Of a DNA stretch of 19,628 nucleotides, positions 1 to 6,936 are shown piece after piece. Position 1 is the first letter of the stretch. Each line of letters opens with the position of its first letter. The notes under the pieces are model-generated. The model saw only the letters and a program-made list of their open reading frames with translations. It was not told the DNA's origin and did not search any database. The position numbers were made by a program, and so were the translations under genes. Source of the stretch: Thermostichus sp. DRC_bins_24 (GTDB lineage Bacteria; Cyanobacteriota; Cyanobacteriia; Thermostichales; Thermostichaceae); NCBI GenBank assembly GCA_039794845.1, contig JAUQVK010000075.1, forward strand, positions 1 through 19,628, written 5' to 3'.

Positions 1-96
1 GTTACCGGGTGGGTTGAAGGAGATAGCCGGAGGGCTACTGAAGGGCTTTTGGAAAGCCCGCGACTGTGTAAGCCGTCAGCGTCGGGAAGACGTTAC
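1..96 (+). mobile_element. Probable right end of an IS200/IS605-family (TnpB-type) element, truncated by the window start
   Basis: AAAG (53-56) sits just 5' of an imperfect bulged hairpin, CCCG-CG-a-CTG...CAG-CG-t-CGGG (57-86), which is followed by TTAC (93-96). AAAG/TTAC is the guide/cleavage pair known from IS608. Frame 1 is open from base 1 and reads ...LLESPRL..., resembling TnpB C-termini. No transposase body lies inside the window. Confidence 0.45.
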
Positions 97-257
97 ATGC
101 TTGTCCAGATCTTTATCTGCACAAGCGGCGGTACAGCCCAAGCCGCCACCCGGAGAAAGCCTGTATCCTAGAAGAAGTACAGGGGCCTGATGAAAATAAG
201 TCGGGCCATGCTTGTGCCATCCCTCCTTCTTTGGTTCCCTATGTTGATTTGGATCCC

Positions 258-2690
258 ATGAGTGCGCTTCTCTTCCCGGCAACGGATTTGCTGGATGAGT
301 TGCGAGGGATTTTCCCCTTTGAGCTGGATGAATTTCAGATCCGGGCCATTCAAATCCTGGCGGCAGGGGAATCGGTGGTGGTCTGTGCTCCAACGGGATC
401 CGGCAAAACCTTGATTGGGGAATACGCCATCTATCGGGCTTTGGCCCATGGCAAGCGAGTTTTCTACACAACGCCCCTCAAGGCCCTTTCCAATCAAAAG
501 TTCCGCGATTTTGGTCAGCAGTTTGGTCCCGAGCGAGTGGGCTTGCTCACCGGCGACATCTCCATCAACCGCGAAGCGCCGATTTTGGTGATGACCACCG
601 AGATCTTTCGCAACATGCTCTACGGCACGCCGGTCTCCTTGGCGGTTTGTGCCGCTGGCTCGCTGGCGCGAATGGCCGATGAAGAGGTGGCGGAAGCGAT
701 GCTGGGGGATCCCCTGCAGGATGTGCAGGCGGTGATCCTGGATGAATGCCACTACATGAACGATCAACAACGGGGCACTGTTTGGGAAGAATCGATCATC
801 TATTGCCCCTCCACCATTCAGCTCATCGCCCTTTCCGCCACCATTGCCAACAGCGACCAACTGACGGATTGGATGAACCATGTGCATGGCCCCACCCATT
901 TGATCGACTCCGACCATCGCCCTGTTCCCCTGCAGTTCCACTTTGCCAATCACAAAGGGCTTTTTCCGTTACTGGAGCAAACCGAGTCGGGCCAATGGAT
1001 CCGCAATCGTCGCCTGAGAGGCAAACGTCCCAACCCCCATGAGCATTCACGGGCCGGGGTGCCGGACATGACGCAGGTGTTGGAAAACTTGCGCCAGCGG
1101 GATATGTTGCCGGCCATCTATTTCATCTTCAGTCGCAAAGGCTGTGATGCAGCGGTGGCCAGTGTGGGTGCTCTGGATTTGATTGCGACCCCAGAAGAGC
1201 GGCAGCGATTGGCCCAACAGATCGACCAATTCTGTCAGGAAACTCCAGAAGCGGTTCGCCAAGATCACCTCAGTGCCCTCTATCGCGGCATTGCCGCCCA
1301 CCATGCCGGAATGTTGCCCGCCTGGAAGGGGTTGGTAGAACACCTGTTTCAGCAGGGGTTGGTGAAGATCGTTTTTGCCACCGAAACCTTGGCTGCCGGG
1401 ATCAACATGCCTGCCCGCACCACCGTCATCTCCTCCCTTTCCAAACGCACCGATACGGGCCATCGTCTCTTGACGGCGTCTGAGTTTATGCAAATGTCGG
1501 GGCGGGCGGGTCGGCGGGGTAAGGATGTGATCGGGCATGTGGTAACGGTGCAATCTCCCTTTGAAGGGGCCCAAGAGGCAGCGCGACTGGCCACATCGGG
1601 GGCGGATCCCTTGGTGAGCCAATTTACCCCCACCTATGGCATGGTGGTGAACCTGCTGCAGAAGCACTCTCTGGAGGCGGCGCGGGATTTGATCAACCGC
1701 AGCTTTGGCCAGTATTTGCTCTCGTTGCAAAAGTTGCCCGAGCAACACGAACTCCAGCACACTCGCGCCGAGCTAGAGGAGCTGGATCGCACCCTGGGGG
1801 ATATTTCCAGTGAGGATGTCACCCGCTACGAGAAGATGCAGGCGCAACGACGAGAGGAACGACGCCTTCTGCGGTATTTGGTGAAACAACGGGAAGCGGA
1901 GCCGGATCCCACCCTGCGATTGCTGGCTTTTCCCCACATTCAGGCCCAAGAAGAGAAAATCCGCGCCCTAGAAACCCAAATTCGGGCCAATCCGGCTCAC
2001 AAGGTGGGGAAAAAATTGTTGAGCTTGCAAGAAAAACGACAACGGCTGCTGAAACGCCTCGAGCACCTCGAACGACAAAGTGATTCGGTACAAGAGTTGC
2101 GCTGGCAGCAATTTATGGCTTTGGTGCAGGTGTTGCAGGATTTTGATTGTTTGGAAAACTCAGGGGATCCCCATGAGGGGCACCAACCCACCGCGAGTGG
2201 AGAAGTGGTGGCGGCTTTGCGGGGGGATAACGAGCTATGGCTGGCGTTGGCTTTGCTGTCTGGGGAATGCCAGGGCTGTGATCCGCATCACTTGGCGGGA
2301 GTGGTAGCGGCTTTGGTCACAGAACCGCCTCGTTCGGGTACCTACAGTCGGCTGCGCACTTCGGGGTTGGTGGAGGATGTGTTGCATGGGTTACGGGGCC
2401 TGCGGCGGCAACTGTTTCGCAGCCAACGGCAACATCAGGTGTTTCATATGCCGATTTGGTTTGAGCCCGGCCTGGCTGGAATTGTTGAACATTGGGCCCA
2501 AGGGATCCCTTGGGAAACCCTGGAAGCCAACACCAACCTGGATGCCGGAGACTTGGTTCGCTTAATTCGCCGTACCTTGGATTTGCTCTCGCAGATTCCC
2601 CATGTGCCCCACCTGCCGCAGGATCTGCGGGAGAATGCCCGTCAAGCCCAAAACATGTTGGATCGCTTCCCGATTAGCGAACTGATCTAG
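258..2690 (+). CDS. helY: Ski2/HelY-like DExH-box SF2 RNA helicase with C-terminal DSHCT domain
   Basis: Motifs: FELDEFQ (Q motif), APTGSGKT, TTPLKALSNQK, LLTGD, MTTEIFRNMLY, DECHY, LSAT, HHAGM, ATETLAAGINMPA, QMSGRAGRRG and C-terminal DAGDLVRLIRRTLDLLSQI. ATG 258 is preferred over the TTG at 231. Confidence 0.93.
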   Translation: MSALLFPATDLLDELRGIFPFELDEFQIRAIQILAAGESVVVCAPTGSGKTLIGEYAIYRALAHGKRVFYTTPLKALSNQKFRDFGQQFGPERVGLLTGDISINREAPILVMTTEIFRNMLYGTPVSLAVCAAGSLARMADEEVAEAMLGDPLQDVQAVILDECHYMNDQQRGTVWEESIIYCPSTIQLIALSATIANSDQLTDWMNHVHGPTHLIDSDHRPVPLQFHFANHKGLFPLLEQTESGQWIRNRRLRGKRPNPHEHSRAGVPDMTQVLENLRQRDMLPAIYFIFSRKGCDAAVASVGALDLIATPEERQRLAQQIDQFCQETPEAVRQDHLSALYRGIAAHHAGMLPAWKGLVEHLFQQGLVKIVFATETLAAGINMPARTTVISSLSKRTDTGHRLLTASEFMQMSGRAGRRGKDVIGHVVTVQSPFEGAQEAARLATSGADPLVSQFTPTYGMVVNLLQKHSLEAARDLINRSFGQYLLSLQKLPEQHELQHTRAELEELDRTLGDISSEDVTRYEKMQAQRREERRLLRYLVKQREAEPDPTLRLLAFPHIQAQEEKIRALETQIRANPAHKVGKKLLSLQEKRQRLLKRLEHLERQSDSVQELRWQQFMALVQVLQDFDCLENSGDPHEGHQPTASGEVVAALRGDNELWLALALLSGECQGCDPHHLAGVVAALVTEPPRSGTYSRLRTSGLVEDVLHGLRGLRRQLFRSQRQHQVFHMPIWFEPGLAGIVEHWAQGIPWETLEANTNLDAGDLVRLIRRTLDLLSQIPHVPHLPQDLRENARQAQNMLDRFPISELI

Positions 2691-2910
2691 ACCCTCTCGG
2701 CTGCCCAAAATTGGCCCTGAAGAATGACCTGAAGAATGCTCTACAGGGATCCCGGCAGCCTTTTGGCTTAGCCGTTTTCGGGGCAAGATACAGGATGTCT
2801 TTGCGTACTGAGGCTTGGCAGCTATAGTCCTTGTAATTAACGACATGACTTGTCAAGCCCTATCTGAGGCATCCCAGCCTAGAGGCCCTATCCGAAGCGG
2901 ATCGTCTCGA

Positions 2911-2983
2911 TGGGGCGTACAGGGATCGAACCTGTGTGAGGCAAATTATGAGTTTGCTGCCTGAACCGCTCGGCCAACGCCCC
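2911..2983 (-). tRNA. trnI: tRNA with CAT anticodon, most likely tRNA-Ile2 (lysidine type); Met not excluded
   Basis: The reverse complement is GGGGCGTTGGCCGAGCGGTTCAGGCAGCAAACTCATAATTTGCCTCACACAGGTTCGATCCCTGTACGCCCCA. Acceptor stem GGGGCGT/ACGCCCC, anticodon arm GCAAA-CTCATAA-TTTGC, T arm ACAGG-TTCGATC-CCTGT; CCA is not encoded. It lacks initiator features (no 1:72 mismatch, no triple G:C anticodon stem). A -10-like TAGAGT lies upstream on the minus strand (2995-3000). Confidence 0.93.
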
Positions 2984-3084
2984 TGCTTTTCTCTACTCTA
3001 CCGCCCTTGTTTCTCCTCGAATGGGGTGGAGGGCAGCCAGCCGAGAGGATAAGCTGCTTATCGGTGATTATCCACAGCAACAAC

Positions 3085-3627
3085 ATGGCGTCGTCGCATC
3101 CCTGGAAGGGTGAACTGGTTTTGAGCTTGGGGCTAGCCTCTTTGTCTTTGGTCATCTGTCTTGCTTTTTTGACCTTTGGACATCATTACCTACATTGGAG
3201 CGGGGGCTCCGGCTCCCTGGCTATTCAGGCACCCGCAGAAAACTTGGCTCCATCTCCCATTCCGGATACAGCGCTCCAGGCGGCGCAGCTACCCATTGGG
3301 CCCCCCTCTGCTGCTGACAGCCCCCCCGAGGGATCCCCATCCCCCTGGCTTGTAACCTTTTTAACTGTCTTTGTGGCGGAAATGGGAGATAAAACCCAAC
3401 TGGCCACCCTGCTGATGAGCGCCCAATCGAGATCCCCTTGGGCAATCTTTTTCGGCTCCTCCAGCGCCCTGGTGACCGCCAGTTTGCTCAGCGTGTTGCT
3501 GGGGGGGGGTCTGGGGCAGGTGATCCCGGCAGGCTGGTTACAATGGTTGGCGGGTGCAGGATTTCTGGTGATCGGGAGCTACGTCCTGTGGCAAGAATGG
3601 CAAGGGGATGGCCTACCGGAGAGATAG
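3085..3627 (+). CDS. Half-size TMEM165/GDT1 (UPF0016) Mn2+/Ca2+ transporter subunit with an N-terminal extension
   Basis: Signature AEMGDKTQLATLLMSA plus three hydrophobic helices. The extension has an extra hydrophobic helix and a Pro-rich linker. ATG 3085 is chosen over TTG 3007, which abuts the divergent tRNA promoter. Confidence 0.88.
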   Translation: MASSHPWKGELVLSLGLASLSLVICLAFLTFGHHYLHWSGGSGSLAIQAPAENLAPSPIPDTALQAAQLPIGPPSAADSPPEGSPSPWLVTFLTVFVAEMGDKTQLATLLMSAQSRSPWAIFFGSSSALVTASLLSVLLGGGLGQVIPAGWLQWLAGAGFLVIGSYVLWQEWQGDGLPER

Positions 3628-3687
3628 CCGGCGGGTCTGAAGAACCGATGCAAACAGACAGGAGAAGATGGGGAGCAGCAGAAGGAC

Positions 3688-4020
3688 GTGTTGAGCAACA
3701 ACGACGATAGCCAGATTTCATCTTCCTTAACCCAGGCCGCTTGGCGGGTTGCCTTGGTGAGTTTCGCCTCAATTCTGTTGGCAGAAATGGGGGACAAAAC
3801 CCAACTGGCCACCCTCCTCCTCAGTGCCCGCTCCCAAAACCCTGCGGTGATCTTTTTCGGGGCCGCTGCCGCCCTGGTTAGCACCAGTTTGATCGGGGTG
3901 TGGGCGGGAGCCTGGGTGGCGAGAATCTTTCCTCCCCGTTGGATCAAAACCCTGGCAGGACTGGGGTTTGTCTTGATTGGCCTTACCCTACTGTGGGGAT
4001 CCCTGCCGACGGCCAGTTAG
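3688..4020 (+). CDS. Half-size TMEM165/GDT1 (UPF0016) transporter subunit, partner of the upstream gene
   Basis: AEMGDKTQLATLLLSA motif and three TM helices. The GTG start is uncertain. Same frame as the upstream gene. Confidence 0.88.
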   Translation: MLSNNDDSQISSSLTQAAWRVALVSFASILLAEMGDKTQLATLLLSARSQNPAVIFFGAAAALVSTSLIGVWAGAWVARIFPPRWIKTLAGLGFVLIGLTLLWGSLPTAS

Positions 4021-4048
4021 GTGGTTTCAGAAAAGCTCAAGCAAGCCA

Positions 4049-4057
4049 TGCTAGCAT
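4049..4057 (+). promoter_or_regulatory. Putative extended -10 promoter element (TGcTAGCAT) for the small basic ORF
   Basis: TGn-TAnnnT match in the intergenic region, about 75 nt upstream of ATG 4131. Confidence 0.4.
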
Positions 4058-4130
4058 TGGAAACGCTTGATTTTCACACCCCGCCGGGGCTCTTTCACTT
4101 TATACCGGACAGCCGGTTAGGAACACCAGC

Positions 4131-4277
4131 ATGGCCAAAAAACGCAACCTAAAGCGAGAAAAAGCTGAGCGAAACCGCGAATACGCCAGACAGTTTCAAA
4201 AGAGCCGTGCTCGCAATGGTCGCCGCTTCCGTTCTACCCCCCGTGATAACGATGCCACTGCTGGTGAAGAGCAATAA
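4131..4277 (+). CDS. 48-aa highly basic small protein (MAKKRNLKREKAERNREYARQFQKSRARNGRRFRSTPRDNDATAGEEQ), missed by the ORF track
   Basis: ATG 4131 to TAA 4275-4277, followed by a second stop TAG. An AGGA SD-like sequence lies about 8 nt upstream, and the ORF fills an otherwise empty gap. The N-terminus resembles, from memory, a conserved cyanobacterial small protein (MAKRRNxKKEKAxRN). Confidence 0.75.
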   Translation: MAKKRNLKREKAERNREYARQFQKSRARNGRRFRSTPRDNDATAGEEQ

Positions 4278-4330
4278 TAGCTGGCCGGGATCCTTGATGG
4301 ATGCGCTGAACAGGGCTAGCTCAACAAACC

Positions 4331-4339
4331 TGCTATGGT
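4331..4339 (+). promoter_or_regulatory. Putative extended -10 element (TGcTATGGT) upstream of pyrH
   Basis: TGn-TAnnnT about 30 nt before ATG 4368. It overlaps the ORF-track ATG 4335, which favours the downstream start. Confidence 0.35.
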
Positions 4340-4367
4340 ATGCAGGGGTGGGCTGGAGCGGGTGAGC

Positions 4368-5126
4368 ATGAGATACCGACGGATTCTGTTAAAGCTGAGT
4401 GGCGAAGCCCTGATGGGGGAGCGTTCCTATGGGATCGACCCCGAAATTCTGCAGTCCATTGCCAGTGAAGTGGCTTCCGTGGTGCGAGCCGATGTACAAG
4501 TGGCAATTGTGGTGGGGGGCGGTAACATTTGGCGGGGGCGCAAAGAAGCCGCTGCCCAAGGCATGGATCAGGCCTCTGCCGACTATGTGGGGATGTTGGC
4601 CACTGTCATCAATGCCCTCACCCTGCAGGATGCCATCGAACGAGCCGGGATCCCAACTCGGGTGCAAACCGCCATTGCCATGCAGGAGGTGGCAGAACCC
4701 TACATTCGTCGCCGCGCCATTCGTCACCTGGAAAAGGGGCGGGTGGTGATTTTTGGCGCAGGTTCTGGCAATCCGTTCTTTACCACTGACACCACCGCCG
4801 CGCTGCGCGCCGCCGAGATCGATGCGGAAGTGATTTTCAAAGCTACCAAGGTAGACGGGGTTTACGATGCCGATCCCAAAACCCATCCTCAAGCCCGCCG
4901 CTACGATGCCCTCAGTTATCAAGATGTGCTCACCCACGATTTGCGGGTGATGGACAGTACTGCCATCGCCCTGTGCAAAGAAAATCAACTGCCCATCGTG
5001 GTCTTTGATCTCACAACCCCTGGAAACATCTACCGGGTGGTCAAAGGGGAGCCCATCGGCACTTGGATCGGGCAACGGGCTGCCGAAAGCAACGGGATCC
5101 CTGCCGGCTTGGCTCAGGGGAATTGA
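4368..5126 (+). CDS. pyrH: UMP kinase
   Basis: [65 protein letters not shown] and VMDSTAI. Confidence 0.97.
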   Translation: MRYRRILLKLSGEALMGERSYGIDPEILQSIASEVASVVRADVQVAIVVGGGNIWRGRKEAAAQGMDQASADYVGMLATVINALTLQDAIERAGIPTRVQTAIAMQEVAEPYIRRRAIRHLEKGRVVIFGAGSGNPFFTTDTTAALRAAEIDAEVIFKATKVDGVYDADPKTHPQARRYDALSYQDVLTHDLRVMDSTAIALCKENQLPIVVFDLTTPGNIYRVVKGEPIGTWIGQRAAESNGIPAGLAQGN

Positions 5127-5271
5127 AGTGGATCCCAAATGAAATGGGGTCAAGGCTAAAATGAGGCCGGCCTCAGGTTCCTGTTAGCAGCACCCGGGAT
5201 TGTCCCTGGCCAGTGTTCGGCTCTGGGGATAACTTGGCTAGTGGGCATGCTTAGGCTATTCGGAGAGGAAA

Positions 5272-6402
5272 GTGATGACGGAAGATCATGTCCAGCATCC
5301 AGCCCAAAGGGATCCCAGCTTATCCAAGCGCTCTAGCGGCCATCGCTGGGGCCGGCGCCTTGTGCAAAGCCTAGTATTCTTGCTAGCTCTTGCAGTTGGG
5401 TTTGGTTACTGGCAGTGGCAGACTTGGCTACAGCCAGTTGGGGAGTCAGAACCCATCCAGGTGGTGATTGAGCCGGGGAGCAGCAGCCGCTTGATCGGGC
5501 AGAAACTCTACCAAGCGGGGGTGATCCGCTCCGACTTGGCCTGGAGACTGTGGAGCCGCACCTTTGGGCGTGATTGGGTGTTCCAGGCAGGCACCTACGC
5601 GCTGGATCCCGGTCAAGACATGGTGGCGGTGGCCCAACAGCTGCGACAGGGCAACGTCTTGCAGACACGGCTGACAATTCCAGAAGGTTGGCGCATCAAG
5701 CAGATGGCAGCGGCTTTGGCCGAGCGAAACTGGTTGGAGGCCGACGCCTTTATTGCCACGGCCCAGGTGATTCCACCCCTTGATTGGCTACCCGCCAACT
5801 TAAACTCTCTGGAGGGGTACCTGTTCCCAGATACCTATTTTTTCCCTGTCGAAAAAGTAGAGGGATCCCTGCCAGATCATGAAAAAGCCCAAACGGTGGT
5901 GAATGCCATGCTGCAGCGGTTCGTCTCAGTGGCTTTGCCCCTGTTTCGGCAACATTCCACCTCCTTATCCCTCCACGAGTGGGTCACCTTGGCCAGCATT
6001 GTCGAGCGGGAAGCCGTGGTGCCGGAAGAACGTGCCCTGATCGCGGGGGTATTTCTCAATCGACTTCGAAAAGGGATCCCGTTGGGGGCTGACCCGACCG
6101 TGGAGTATGCCCTCAACATCCGCCAGACCCCTGATCGCCGCCTTACCTTCGCCGAAGTGCGCACCCCTTCCCCCTACAACACTTACCTCAACCCGGGCTT
6201 ACCCCCTGGCCCGATCGCCAGTCCGGGTTTGGCCAGCCTAGAGGCCGTCTTGGAACCGGAAGAGACCGATTTCCTCTATTTCGTTGCCCGTTACGATGGC
6301 ACCCATGTGTTTAGTAAAACCCTAGCCGAGCATGAGGCTGCCCAGTTGCAGATCATCCAAGAGCGCCAAAATGCCGCAACTGGAGCCACCGTTAGCCCCT
6401 GA
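5272..6402 (+). CDS. mltG: Endolytic transglycosylase MltG (YceG family)
   Basis: N-terminal TM anchor, LTIPEG, LEGYLFPDTY, LASIVERE (catalytic Glu), VFLNRL, LGADPTVEY, SPYNTYLNPGLPPGPIASPG and LYFVA. Start is GTG 5272 or ATG 5275. Confidence 0.96.
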   Translation: MMTEDHVQHPAQRDPSLSKRSSGHRWGRRLVQSLVFLLALAVGFGYWQWQTWLQPVGESEPIQVVIEPGSSSRLIGQKLYQAGVIRSDLAWRLWSRTFGRDWVFQAGTYALDPGQDMVAVAQQLRQGNVLQTRLTIPEGWRIKQMAAALAERNWLEADAFIATAQVIPPLDWLPANLNSLEGYLFPDTYFFPVEKVEGSLPDHEKAQTVVNAMLQRFVSVALPLFRQHSTSLSLHEWVTLASIVEREAVVPEERALIAGVFLNRLRKGIPLGADPTVEYALNIRQTPDRRLTFAEVRTPSPYNTYLNPGLPPGPIASPGLASLEAVLEPEETDFLYFVARYDGTHVFSKTLAEHEAAQLQIIQERQNAATGATVSP

Positions 6403-6412
6403 GGCAGAGTAA

Positions 6413-6901
6413 ATGGTACACAAACCCTGGTTTAAGTTGCTGCAGCCGGATATTGTGGTCGCCGGTACCGTTTTGCGGCTACAACCGGAAAGCCTGCTGG
6501 AGTGGGGGGTGCGGGGCATCATCTTCGATGTTGACGATACGTTGGTGCCGATTCGGCAAGCGGTTGTGGATCCGGCGGTGGTGGCCTGGCTGGAAAAACT
6601 ACGCCCCCACTTTCAAATTTGGCTGGTTAGCAACAACATCAACCGCAACCGCATTCGACAGATCGGTGAAAGTTTGGCGCTGCCCCATATTCACCGCGCC
6701 GGCAAACCTTCCCGGCGAGCCTTGCGGCGGGCGGTGGCCGAGATGGGCTTGCCGGTGGAGGCCGTAGCCATGGTGGGGGATCGGCTGCTCACCGATATTC
6801 TGGCGGGCAATCGTCTGGGTTTGGTGACGGTGTTGGTCAACTCCCTGTTGGCAGGGGTGATGGAGGAGAAGCCCTCCGCCCTGCTGGATCCCCGTTTGTA
6901 G
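6413..6901 (+). CDS. yqeG: YqeG-family HAD IIIA phosphatase
   Basis: IFDVDDTLV (motif I), LVSNN, AGKP and MVGDRLLTDILAGNRLG. It starts 10 nt after mltG, so is probably co-transcribed. Confidence 0.92.
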   Translation: MVHKPWFKLLQPDIVVAGTVLRLQPESLLEWGVRGIIFDVDDTLVPIRQAVVDPAVVAWLEKLRPHFQIWLVSNNINRNRIRQIGESLALPHIHRAGKPSRRALRRAVAEMGLPVEAVAMVGDRLLTDILAGNRLGLVTVLVNSLLAGVMEEKPSALLDPRL

Positions 6902-6936
6902 CGGGGAACCCATCCGAGGGGCCGTACCCTTGTACC

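Noticed and set aside
168..1760. Long antisense ORFs 168..953 and 1047..1760 (similarly 4389..5153, 8515..9267, 9943..10491 and 11532..12086)
   Set aside because: They are shadow frames opposite well-supported genes in GC-rich DNA and carry no recognisable motifs.
2911..2983. Initiator tRNA-fMet, or an att site of an integrated island
   Set aside because: The 1:72 position is a G:C pair and the anticodon stem lacks three consecutive G:C pairs. No duplicated 3' end or integrase was seen in the window.
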